Source of the DNA: a bacterium
GTDB taxonomy: Bacteria; Electryoneota; Electryoneia; Electryoneales; Electryoneaceae
Assembly (NCBI GenBank): GCA_963675295.2
Contig: CAXXKJ010000002.1
Location: 4,448,001 to 4,512,000 of the forward strand
Direction: 5' to 3'
Length of the DNA: 64,000 nt
The translations under genes and the position numbers were made by a program. Position 1 is the first letter of the stretch. Each line of letters begins with the position of its first letter. The notes under the pieces were generated by a model, which was given only the letters and a program-made list of their open reading frames with translations, was not told the origin of the DNA and searched no databases. Below, piece by piece: positions 9,858-19,353 of the stretch.

Positions 9858-11366
9858 ATGTCACGCCGCTTCCAGACACTCTTTTTGATCATCCTCCCCT
9901 TTCTGATCGCGTCCGCCGCCTTCGCCCAACCACCCGATACATTATGGACTCGTATCTGGGATTACGGCCACGACAACGATTTCATGAAAAGTGTCCAGGC
10001 ACTCCCTGACGGGGGATACATCGCCTGCGGGTACACCTATTACTTTGATGTCGGCAACCAAACATGGACAGCAAGACTTGATCAAGATGGGACTGAAGTC
10101 TGGCTACATATTGAAGGCGAAGATGGTACCGACGCCGCGCATTTCACAGCACCTACGGCGGATTCTGGATTCATACAGTGCGGCTCAACAATTTCTTATA
10201 CCCCAGGAATCCAGTTTGGTGCATTTGCCCGTAAGCTCAACTCAGACGGAGTTCAGGAATGGGCACGACTATTCGATGATCCCACGGTCTTCGGCGATGG
10301 TTTTTACTGCATACGAGAGATTGCATCAGGTGGCTATGTTGCTGTAGGTCACGCCGATTCCAACGAGATCTATCGTTTGAGCGAGGCTGGTAATCTAGTT
10401 TGGCGTCGTCAGATGCCTGAGAACGGTCTTCTTCCCCAATGGGTAGAACCAACATCCGATGGCGGATTCCTGGTGCCCAGTTCCCACTACAACTCAGATG
10501 TAGATGCTTACGTTTTTACACTTTACAAGCTTGATCGACATGGTCTCATAGAATGGGTCAATGACGAAGCTGAACCCGGTTTATCGATTCGTGGGGAAGC
10601 CCATTGCGTACGTCAGGACGCCAGCGGAGACATCTATGCCTGCGGCTGGATTATTACAAATCCTAATGTGACACGCAAGCGATTCTATGTGACGAAACGA
10701 AATCCGGATGGATCAATACTCTGGTCTACAGCGCTTCCCGAACAGTCCGGTGCCAGCGCGGATCATATGGTGATTCTCGCAGACGGAAGTGTGGTCGCTG
10801 GAGGGTGGAACCAGGCAGGCTTCCTCAAGGAACGCTGGATTGTGAAAGTATCATCGGAGGGCGAAGTTCTCTGGCATCGTATCGACCTTTCGGGGCAGGT
10901 CACCTGCCTTGACCAAGGTCTCGATGGTAGCATCATTGCAGCGTACTATCCAAGTACAATCAATGAGCCCTCCACCGATCTGGCTTTGATGAAACTTGAG
11001 CCTGAAGTCGATATCGAGCTTGAGGTGTGGAACCCTATCATCCCGGCTGCCGGCGGCCTACTCCGGTATGGGGCACAAGTCAGCAACATCCTCGTCAATC
11101 CGACACCGTTGGATGCGTGGATCGTGGTCACCGGACCAAACGGTGACCGGATCCCGTTGAACAGCTTTCCGGTCTTACTCCAACCTGGCGCTACATTCAC
11201 ACGCCCACAGATCAATGTCTGGGTCCCCGGCTATGCCCCGAACGGCGAGTACACACTCGAAGCGCACCTCGGCGTGGCTCCGCCAACTGTCCCGCCCGGT
11301 GGCTCAAGCGGAAGTCGAAACATGGGGCTGGCATCGTTTACGTTTACCAAGGGCGGTAGTCGGTAA
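9858..11366 (+). CDS. Secreted beta-propeller protein (PPDTLW / DGGYI repeats) with novel C-terminal domain, no T9SS CTD
   Basis: Signal peptide MSRRFQTLFLIILPFLIASAAFA-QPPDT; repeated TxDGGF...G...W; ends SFTFTKGGSR. Confidence 0.85.
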   Translation: MSRRFQTLFLIILPFLIASAAFAQPPDTLWTRIWDYGHDNDFMKSVQALPDGGYIACGYTYYFDVGNQTWTARLDQDGTEVWLHIEGEDGTDAAHFTAPTADSGFIQCGSTISYTPGIQFGAFARKLNSDGVQEWARLFDDPTVFGDGFYCIREIASGGYVAVGHADSNEIYRLSEAGNLVWRRQMPENGLLPQWVEPTSDGGFLVPSSHYNSDVDAYVFTLYKLDRHGLIEWVNDEAEPGLSIRGEAHCVRQDASGDIYACGWIITNPNVTRKRFYVTKRNPDGSILWSTALPEQSGASADHMVILADGSVVAGGWNQAGFLKERWIVKVSSEGEVLWHRIDLSGQVTCLDQGLDGSIIAAYYPSTINEPSTDLALMKLEPEVDIELEVWNPIIPAAGGLLRYGAQVSNILVNPTPLDAWIVVTGPNGDRIPLNSFPVLLQPGATFTRPQINVWVPGYAPNGEYTLEAHLGVAPPTVPPGGSSGSRNMGLASFTFTKGGSR

Positions 11367-11379
11367 TCTGGGTGAGGGT

Positions 11380-11522
11380 GTCATTCTGAATGGAACGCAG
11401 TGGAATGAAGAATCTCCAGCTTCGCTAACAGTCAATTAAGCCCGACCTTCTTCACTTCGTTCAGAATGACGTGACTTTCAAGGTCGGATAATCTGTAGAT
11501 CCTTCACTGCGTTCAGGATGAC
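11380..11522. repeat. REP/REPIN-like cluster, GTCAT(T/C)CTGAA..GAAG(G/A)ATCT family
   Basis: Inverted arms at 11380-11416 and 11449-11470, plus AGATCCTTCACTGCGTTCAGGATGAC at 11497-11522. Confidence 0.8.
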
Positions 11523-11649
11523 GTGCTGGCAGACGCTCACGGGTCCGCGTCTGCATCTTCTGCAACACGGCCACGGTATCGCTATTGCCGCAAATTGATC
11601 CGCGTCGGGAAACCTGCCCCGGGCATCGAGGATCTTCCACCACGAACCA

Positions 11650-11692
11650 CCCGCGATAGCCGTCACAAACCGACGTGACGGACAATCGCGGG
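11650..11692. repeat. Palindromic intergenic repeat, copy 2
   Basis: Matches 991-1033. Confidence 0.8.
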
Positions 11693-11781
11693 CACCAGGC
11701 ACACACACGGCACCGGTAGTCATCAACGATTCCGCCTCTCCCGTCGTATATTGCCATATCTCGAATCCACCGAGGCACCCA

Positions 11782-13278
11782 ATGACACGCCATCTGTTGA
11801 CATCGACACGGTTGACACGCCTCCCGATCGCCCTCATTCTGTTATTCGCGTTCACCGTCTCTGCCCAACCCCCTGATACCGCATGGGTTAGGGACTTCGG
11901 CTTCAGTTCGAGTGAAAGAGTTGAAGTTATTCGACCGTGCCAAGATGGAGGATACATCCTGACGGGTGACAGCCGGGAAGGTACAGGGATTCTTCGAGTC
12001 AGAACTGTCCGAATCAGCGAGGACGGCGAAGTCATCTGGAACCATGTCGAAGGAGGGGATGACCTTGATGGTGCGGAATACATCGAACCAACTTCGGATG
12101 GTGGTTTCATTCAGGGGGGATCAACACGCTCGTTTTCTCCTACCCTAGGTGAAGATGCGTTTGTAAGAAAACTGAATGCGGACGGTGATCAGGAGTGGGC
12201 TCGCCTTTTCGGTACTGACAATATTGACGATTGGGTGGCGTGTGTACGTGAGGTCTCCACTGGTGGATACATCGCAGTTGGTCTCGACGACACCAGGCCG
12301 TTTCTGTGGCGGCTTGGCCCGAACGGTCAGCACCTGTGGGTACGTCATTGGCCCTCCGAATTTGACAATCGCTTGAACTTTGTCGAGCCTTTGGCGGATG
12401 GTGGATTTATTCTCGGAGGTTCTTATCCTGATTGGTTCACATTGGTGAAGACAAACACACAAGGTGAAGTCATCTGGACACAGGAATACTGGGACAATGG
12501 CGGAATATACTGTGTCCGGGAATTTCCCAATGGTAACCTGATAGCAAGTGGTCGTAGGTATTACAGCGAATTGACTTTCGCCTGGGTGGTTATCTTGACC
12601 GATCCTGATGGGGAAATTATTTGGACGCGTGAAATAAATGAAAACAATTTCACTTCTCAAGAAGCATATGAGTGCTGGATTACAGTAGATGGTAACATTG
12701 TTGTTTGTGGGTTAGACCAAGATGAAGACTTTAGTCTCAATAGCTGGATACTTAAGTATGATACTGTTGGAAACACTTTGTGGCATTGGGAAATAACTGG
12801 GGGCGAGTTATTCACAATCTGTCAAGGTAGAGATGGTGGATATGTCGTTGGTGGTATGGACCACGATAACTGGACAACCCCATCGCTAAATTTTAAAGCC
12901 ACAAAGTTGTATCCTGAAGTGCAAATCACGCTTCATCCATGGACACCTACGATCCCGGTATCCGGCGGTTTGCTTCGCTATGGCGCACAAGTTACGAACA
13001 TCCTTGTCGATCAGACACCTTTGGACGCGTGGATCGTGGTCACCGGTCCAAATGGCGAGCGTGTACCGTTAAACAGCTTTCCCGTCACACTCCAGCCCGG
13101 CGCGACCTTCACCCGCCCGCAGATCACTGTCTGGGTCCCCGGCTATGCCCCGAACGGCGAGTACACCCTCGAAGCACACCTCGGCGTCGTGCCGCCAACT
13201 GTCCCGCCCGGTGGCCCAAGCGGAAGTCGAAACATGGGGCTGGGATCGTTCACGTTTACGAAGGTTGATGGGCGGTAA
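11782..13278 (+). CDS. Secreted beta-propeller protein with novel C-terminal domain (tandem paralogue of 9858..11366)
   Basis: Signal peptide ending VSA-QPPDT; DGGY/DGGF repeats; C-terminal ~110 aa nearly identical to the neighbour. Confidence 0.85.
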   Translation: MTRHLLTSTRLTRLPIALILLFAFTVSAQPPDTAWVRDFGFSSSERVEVIRPCQDGGYILTGDSREGTGILRVRTVRISEDGEVIWNHVEGGDDLDGAEYIEPTSDGGFIQGGSTRSFSPTLGEDAFVRKLNADGDQEWARLFGTDNIDDWVACVREVSTGGYIAVGLDDTRPFLWRLGPNGQHLWVRHWPSEFDNRLNFVEPLADGGFILGGSYPDWFTLVKTNTQGEVIWTQEYWDNGGIYCVREFPNGNLIASGRRYYSELTFAWVVILTDPDGEIIWTREINENNFTSQEAYECWITVDGNIVVCGLDQDEDFSLNSWILKYDTVGNTLWHWEITGGELFTICQGRDGGYVVGGMDHDNWTTPSLNFKATKLYPEVQITLHPWTPTIPVSGGLLRYGAQVTNILVDQTPLDAWIVVTGPNGERVPLNSFPVTLQPGATFTRPQITVWVPGYAPNGEYTLEAHLGVVPPTVPPGGPSGSRNMGLGSFTFTKVDGR

Positions 13279-13297
13279 CTGAGCGTCCTCAACGACG

Positions 13298-13323
13298 AGA
13301 TCCTTCACTGCGTTCAGGATGAC
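13298..13323. repeat. REP-like arm AGATCCTTCACTGCGTTCAGGATGAC
   Basis: Identical to 11497-11522. Confidence 0.8.
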
Positions 13324-13542
13324 ACACTCGGGTTTGCGTCGTGAGATGATCCCGACTAGCAAGCTAGTCGGGGCAGACGCATCTGAGGCGGGGACACCTG
13401 TCGGTACTGAACGTGCGGATCAGGATGAATCGGTGCCTGGCTGTCAAGCTCCTTGCATCACCTCACCCGAAACAGGTACCGCCAGATGTCCCCCGCACGA
13501 GAGACAAAAGACGAGGGACGAGAGACCTCCATAAAAAATGAA

Positions 13543-13573
13543 ACGGGGACACATTCCTGCCTCGTGTCCCCGT
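13543..13573. repeat. GGGGACAC-family palindrome
   Basis: ACGGGGACAC...GTGTCCCCGT. Confidence 0.75.
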
Positions 13574-13652
13574 CCACGGTTATCTGACCTTGGGCATTGA
13601 ATCAGATAACGCATCCGGAATTCAAAAGATCGCTTGTCGTGTCAGCGTCGTG

Positions 13653-15080
13653 TTAACGCAGCAATACGATTTTCTGTGTTGAGACGGCTCCGGCCGGGCT
13701 CAGCGCGCGGACGAAATACAATCCGCTGGCGAATCCATTCGCCGACCACGACAGCTCGTACGTGCCTGCCGCCGGGGCATTCAGTGACCACGCGTCCACG
13801 GTGCGGCCGAGTATGTCCATCACGCTGACCTGCACCTGTCCCGCCGATGGAACCGCGAGCTGCAGGGTGGTCATCGCGTTGAACGGGTTCGGGTGCGCCG
13901 GAGCGAGCTCGAACTCAGTGACACGGGCCGCGTTGCCGGCTTCGCCGACGTCATTGGTGCCGTCGGTGACACGGGTCAGCAGCACGCTGTCCGCGATGCC
14001 GGACGAACTGAGCAGCAGGTCGCCGTCCTCGTACATGCCGATCGCGTTGCCGTCCCAGTCGTCGGGTTCGCCGTACTGGCCGCCCTCATACAGCCGGGTG
14101 CCGTCGGAGCTGATCAGCACGAGCTGCAGGTTGTTCTTCCAGACGACCAGCCGGCCGTCGAGAATCTGCAGAATCGCCTGGCTCGGCGGGTTCGGCACGC
14201 CTTCTTCAAAGATCCGTTGCCAGTTGTACGAACCGGCCTGCGTCGCGCTGGCGACGAGGTAATTCTGGTTGCTGTTCATGCCGGTCAGGTAGATGTAGCC
14301 ATCAAACCCGATCGTCATTTCGGTAATCAGGTCCATCTCGGACGGCAGCGACCATTCGATCTCACCGTCGTAGTTGACGCGTGTCAGGAACTCGCCGCCG
14401 TTGACCAGCGAACCGGTCAGGAACGCGGCGTCCCCGGTAAATTCGATGTCCGCAACGCGACTGATCTCCTGCGGTTCGTCCACCAGCACGGTGGCTAGGT
14501 GGTTGCCGTCGAGATCGTAGCTGGTGAGGTGCGCGGTGCGGCCACCATTGGCCTGCGAGCTTGCGCCCCACCATCCGCCGAAGTAGATCGTGTTGGTGAG
14601 CAGCCCCACCTCACGAACCTGTTTTTCAATCCGGCTGAAGCCGAAGGTTTCGTCGTTCCACAGGATGTCACCGTTTGCGGCGACCCGTGCGACGCAGAGG
14701 TTATGCTGCGGCGTGCCGGTGGTATCGTACCATTCCGGCTTCCAGTTCTTGGTGTAGGTTACGATCACTCCGCCGTCGTGCAATGGCATCAGGCGAACGT
14801 TCATGATCAACCCGGAATCCGCCGTGGCGACGGTGGTCTGGGAGATCAGGTTGCCGTCACCGTCAATGCGGTCGAGACGCAGACTCGGGCCGGTAATGCC
14901 CGCGCCAGCGATGGCGACGGCGTGCACGGCTTCATCGTTGTCAAAGATCGCCAGGTCCATGGCTTTCGCCTGGTGCCCGTCGGTGGCGTAGGTTTCTTCC
15001 CACAATTCGATTGGGATGGCGGTGGCCGATACTGCAGTCAGGCCGGTCAGCAGTGCGAACAACACGTTTCGAAGCTTCAT
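13653..15080 (-). CDS. Secreted beta-propeller-like protein with T9SS CTD
   Basis: Signal peptide MKLRNVLFALLTGLTAVSATA; C-terminal HPNPFN...DILGRTV...SGLYFVR...KIVLLR. Confidence 0.85.
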   Translation of the reverse strand: MKLRNVLFALLTGLTAVSATAIPIELWEETYATDGHQAKAMDLAIFDNDEAVHAVAIAGAGITGPSLRLDRIDGDGNLISQTTVATADSGLIMNVRLMPLHDGGVIVTYTKNWKPEWYDTTGTPQHNLCVARVAANGDILWNDETFGFSRIEKQVREVGLLTNTIYFGGWWGASSQANGGRTAHLTSYDLDGNHLATVLVDEPQEISRVADIEFTGDAAFLTGSLVNGGEFLTRVNYDGEIEWSLPSEMDLITEMTIGFDGYIYLTGMNSNQNYLVASATQAGSYNWQRIFEEGVPNPPSQAILQILDGRLVVWKNNLQLVLISSDGTRLYEGGQYGEPDDWDGNAIGMYEDGDLLLSSSGIADSVLLTRVTDGTNDVGEAGNAARVTEFELAPAHPNPFNAMTTLQLAVPSAGQVQVSVMDILGRTVDAWSLNAPAAGTYELSWSANGFASGLYFVRALSPAGAVSTQKIVLLR

Positions 15081-15157
15081 CTTCCCACCTCATCGCTTCA
15101 TTTTGAGCGTTCCGTGGCCATTCTCTCACCTCCTCCGGTCATCGACCGGCCACGGTT

Positions 15158-15338
15158 CCTGCAACAGATCCGGGTGGTATGGTCCACCGGGATTCGGACG
15201 CGTCTGATTTGAGCGAATCGTTCGCATCCGGGCTGATGGTTAAACGTTTCATCCCGCCGCCAGTTGCAGGGTGGGGGCATGGTTTCGGCAAGCCGAGGAC
15301 TGCCCCGCTCATCCCCAACAGTACTCCGGAAGGATGAC
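15158..15338. ncRNA. Candidate structured RNA / 5' leader (multibranch junction plus two hairpins)
   Basis: CCTGCAAC(15158)/GTTGCAGG(15270) stem encloses three hairpins, followed by GGGGCA..TGCCCC and TCATCC..GGATGA hairpins. No family recognised. Confidence 0.4.
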
Positions 15339-15691
15339 GGTATTGTGTGACCCAGATCACCGAACCCCAAAAACCGTGTCCCGGTCGAGACAGTTGGGTG
15401 GCTGGATCAGGTCTTCGCGTGTCAAGGAACAGTACCTGGAACGGTTCAACGCGGCATGCGTCGAGGGCGACACCCGTGGGTATTGCCCGCGTTTACAGTG
15501 CTCAACGTGGATCGAATGCCGACTTCGCGCGCCGTACGCAGCCGAAGTGTACCCGGTGCTCCATCAACTTTGTACGACAGGAGCCGGTTTTCGGGGGGCG
15601 CAGGGTCAAAAACGGTGATACCCCCGGTGGGTCACGCGCCGGGGGTATCGGTCCAACCGCTCCCGAAGGAGCGAGGGTTGTGTTTGAGTTA

Positions 15692-16795
15692 TCAGTTGCT
15701 GAGGCGCAGCAACGATATCGTCGTGTAGTTCTCTTCCTGTCCGAGCAGCACGTCGCCGTTGTTGTATAGCTTGATCGGGTGCAGGTATTCGGTGTGTACC
15801 CACCAGTTGTTGAGACCGGACCAGATCCTGTCGCCGCTGGTGTTGAACAGGTCGGCAGAACGGTCGTAGGTGCGCACGAACGCCATGTTGTTTGGCAGGG
15901 ACTGGACGACACTTTCGGTGATCCCGTTCGTGCCGGGCAGATAATCCGAATGCCATTCCTCGTCGCCGATCGAATCCAGCGCGACGACACGGATTCCGTC
16001 CTCGCCCGCAATGTTCGCGTTGACAAAGAAGCCGCCGTCCGGCCGGCGTGACACGGTGTGCAGCAACAGGCCGGTGTTCAGCGTGTTGGACCAGATGACA
16101 TTGCCCTGATGGTCGGCCTTGTAAATCGACGGTGTGGTACCCACGAGACCAATGAAAATCAGCTCGTTCGCGGTGAGTTGGACGTCGTCTACGGTTGTCA
16201 GCGGGACGTCGATGGCGGTCAGGCTCATGATGGTGCCGTTGAACCGCAGCTTGGCGAGGTAGTGGATCGGGTCGCCGTCCGGGCCTTCCATCCACAATGA
16301 GATGCCGATCATGTAGTTACTGAGCAGCGCGATGTCGTTGACCAGTTTCTCTCGTTCAGGCCGGCCATACCCTCCGGATCGCGCCCAGAGAATGGTGCCG
16401 ATGGCGGTGAGGCGGGCGGCGTGAATACCGTGCGGTTCCACCTCCCACGCACTGGTTTCGTTGACCGACCACGCGACCGCCGCGCCGCCGTCCGGCAGAG
16501 CGGTGATGCGTGAGCTTACAATCCGCAAGCTGGAATCCGTGGTCGCAATCTGACGGTTCCAGAGCAGGGTTCCGTTTGCATCGACTTTCAGCGCCCACAA
16601 TTCGCGCTGATCGGTATCGGTAAGGTCACGGACATAGAGCTGCACCGCGCCACCGTCGGCGTATGTGTCGACGTCCCGGCTGTGCGCGACCAGGTCGACA
16701 TTGAGCTGGTGCTGCATGACGACCGTGCGTTCCTGCGCGGGCGCCAGCATGGCGCAACTCAGCAGCAGAAGCAGGCTGAGAACAAGTCTATACAT
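15692..16795 (-). CDS. Secreted beta-propeller-like protein, paralogue of 2601..4061, lacking any CTD
   Basis: Signal peptide MYRLVLSLLLLLSCAMLAPA after GGAGAGG; shares VMQ, DG.A.QLY and KVDANG..LW with 2601..4061. Confidence 0.8.
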   Translation of the reverse strand: MYRLVLSLLLLLSCAMLAPAQERTVVMQHQLNVDLVAHSRDVDTYADGGAVQLYVRDLTDTDQRELWALKVDANGTLLWNRQIATTDSSLRIVSSRITALPDGGAAVAWSVNETSAWEVEPHGIHAARLTAIGTILWARSGGYGRPEREKLVNDIALLSNYMIGISLWMEGPDGDPIHYLAKLRFNGTIMSLTAIDVPLTTVDDVQLTANELIFIGLVGTTPSIYKADHQGNVIWSNTLNTGLLLHTVSRRPDGGFFVNANIAGEDGIRVVALDSIGDEEWHSDYLPGTNGITESVVQSLPNNMAFVRTYDRSADLFNTSGDRIWSGLNNWWVHTEYLHPIKLYNNGDVLLGQEENYTTISLLRLSN

Positions 16796-17085
16796 ACCTC
16801 TCCCTCCGGACAACAACGAGCTGGGTGTGGGGATGTGCAGTGCAAGGCGAGCGGACAGACCCAACTTCACGAATTTTGAGAATTTATTAATCTACGGTTT
16901 TTTATCGCTGAGTTGCCAAGAGAAAGTTTGCGGATGCGAAGAAATTCTCCGTGGCTCGGAGACGGTTGGGCCGTGAGATCGAGATTCAACTTTTCCTTGA
17001 CACGTGTCCTCTTGCGGCTACCTTTGGGAACTTGCGTGCGTTGAGGTGACTACAACGCATAACCGATGACGACGACCACACACCC

Positions 17086-19140
17086 ATGACCTTTCTCGCA
17101 CCCGCGTTCTGGATCGGGCTGACGCTCGCAGCGTTACCGATCCTTATCCACCTGCTCGGACGGCGGCGGCTGAAAAAGCAACCGTTTTCGTCGCTGGAAT
17201 TCCTCCGCCGATTGCAGACGAAACGGATGCGCAAGCTCCGTCTCAAGCAAATCCTGCTGCTGATACTGCGCACGTTGGCGGTGCTCGCGCTGGCGTTGGC
17301 GTTCCTGCGTCCGGCGTTGCAGACAGCGGGGTTCGCCGGGGCCGGGTCGAGCGCGACGGTGATCGTCACCGACCAGTCGGCGTCAATGAGCGCGCGTCGT
17401 GGCGAGGTTGTGCCGGTGGACCGGGCAACGGAAATCGCGCAGGCGATCTGGAGTGCCGGAGGTGAGGTCGGGCTGGTGACGGCGGATGCGACGGGTGACC
17501 GCGACATCGCTCCGCGTGAGGCGAATGGTGAGGTGCCGAGGTGGTTGCGACAGTTCGAAACGGACGGCCGCGCGGCCTCGTTCGCACCGGCGTTACACCG
17601 GGCGGCGCGTTACCTGGAGGAGTCGGACGCAGCGTCGAAAGAGATCATCGTGCTCTCGGATTTCGCGGGTGGTGCGCCGGACTCGTTACCGCAGTTGGCG
17701 GATGACATCACGCTCTGGCGGATGCCACTAGCCGGGGAAGATGTCCCGAACCTCGCGATCACCGGGATGCGGTTGGGTGAGGTGATGCTGCGGCCCGGCG
17801 CGACCGGCACGATGAACGTGTCCGTGCAGCAATTCGGCGGGCGCGAGTCGATCCCGGTTCTGGTGACGATCACGCTGGACGGGCGAGTCGTCGCGGAAGG
17901 CGAGCTGACGGTGCCGGAATCCGGCGCGGTGGAGCAGGCGTACTCGTTCCGGGTGCCGGAGAGCGGCCAGCATGTCGGACGGATCGAGCTTGACCTGACG
18001 GACGCCCTGCTCGCGGATAACACGCATCACTTTGTGCTGACGGTGCCCGGCGAACGCTCGATCCTGCTGGTTGGCGACGATTTCGGCGCGTTGCGTTACT
18101 CTGAATTGGCTCTCAATCCCGAAGGCAAGAGCACGGTGTTTGATGTGACCGTGCGGCCCGGACCATTGCGCAATGTCGCGCGCCTGGACAACTACGACGC
18201 AGTGGTGTATGCGGGTGCGGTGTCGCCGTCCCAGGCGGACGCGCGCCGGTTGAAGCAGTTTACCGACGGCGGCGGCGGGCTGTGGCTGGTGCTCGGTGAG
18301 AACGCCGATCTCGCCGCGTGGAGCCGGACGATCCTGCCCGAGTTTGGCTACGGCGGGCTGGTTGAAGGCGGCGCACGCGGTGTGCGTGAATGGGATGCGT
18401 TGAACCGTGATCACCCGGCGTTGCACGGCCTGCTCGAAGGTGAAGGGCGCTATGACAAGCCGTCGGTCGCGCGGGTGTACACGGTCACCGGCGGGTCGGG
18501 TACAGAAGCGCTGGTGCGATTGAGCGACGGGACGGCGTTCCTGCTCGAACGCACGGACGGCGCGGGGCGGGTGTGGCTGACACCGTCCGCGATGGACACC
18601 GAGTGGACCGACTGGCCGGTGAGCGGTGTGTTCGCGCCGATGCTGCAGCAGGGTGTGCTGTGGCTGGCGGGCGCGCAACCGCAGGCGGGCGAGATTGCGT
18701 GCGGCGAACCGATCCTGTGGCCGGTGCCGGACGGCGCGGGTCAATCCTCCGGCGAGGTGATCGCACCGCAGGACCAGCGGCTGAGCGCAGAACCGGCGTT
18801 CCGTGGCGGACGGCAGGTGTGGATCACGCCGGACACACGCTGGCCGGGAGCGTACGAGCTGCAGGTCGATGAGAAGACAGTCAACCTCGCGGCCGCGAAT
18901 GTGCCGGTGAGCGAGAGTGATCTCAGCGCGTCGCAGAGCGGTTGGCCGGGCAGTGAACTGCGTATCCCCGAGGACGAAACGCTGGCGGACGCGTTGACGC
19001 AGGCGCGTGTCGGGCGCGAGATGACGCCGTGGCTGCTGCTGATCGCACTGCTGGCGTTGATCGCCGAGACGCTTGTCGCGCGTGACAAGAAGCAGTCCGC
19101 GCCGGAACGGGATGCGGTGCCGGTTACTGGTGAGCGGTAG
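17086..19140 (+). CDS. BatA (N-terminal double-transmembrane) domain membrane protein with vWA-like and Ig-like regions
   Basis: MTFLAP...LPILIHLL.RR..K..PFSSLEFL...LLLILR.LA...LAFLRP; DQSASM MIDAS-like motif; C-terminal TM segment WLLLIALLALIAE. Confidence 0.88.
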   Translation: MTFLAPAFWIGLTLAALPILIHLLGRRRLKKQPFSSLEFLRRLQTKRMRKLRLKQILLLILRTLAVLALALAFLRPALQTAGFAGAGSSATVIVTDQSASMSARRGEVVPVDRATEIAQAIWSAGGEVGLVTADATGDRDIAPREANGEVPRWLRQFETDGRAASFAPALHRAARYLEESDAASKEIIVLSDFAGGAPDSLPQLADDITLWRMPLAGEDVPNLAITGMRLGEVMLRPGATGTMNVSVQQFGGRESIPVLVTITLDGRVVAEGELTVPESGAVEQAYSFRVPESGQHVGRIELDLTDALLADNTHHFVLTVPGERSILLVGDDFGALRYSELALNPEGKSTVFDVTVRPGPLRNVARLDNYDAVVYAGAVSPSQADARRLKQFTDGGGGLWLVLGENADLAAWSRTILPEFGYGGLVEGGARGVREWDALNRDHPALHGLLEGEGRYDKPSVARVYTVTGGSGTEALVRLSDGTAFLLERTDGAGRVWLTPSAMDTEWTDWPVSGVFAPMLQQGVLWLAGAQPQAGEIACGEPILWPVPDGAGQSSGEVIAPQDQRLSAEPAFRGGRQVWITPDTRWPGAYELQVDEKTVNLAAANVPVSESDLSASQSGWPGSELRIPEDETLADALTQARVGREMTPWLLLIALLALIAETLVARDKKQSAPERDAVPVTGER

Positions 19141-19353
19141 GCGGTGATCGGTGATAGGTAGTCGTTTGGGTGGCTCGGTTCCTCGGCTGCGGCGCGCACT
19201 CTTGTGACCCGGGTGTCCCCAAACCAGACAACCTCTGCCATCCTCACGACAAAGTGTAACACACGATTTATTGTTGTCTGAATTCGTATCCGACTTGCCG
19301 CGCCAGCCGGTCTGTTGGCATATTTGATCTGAATCGATCAACCCGGAGACTAT

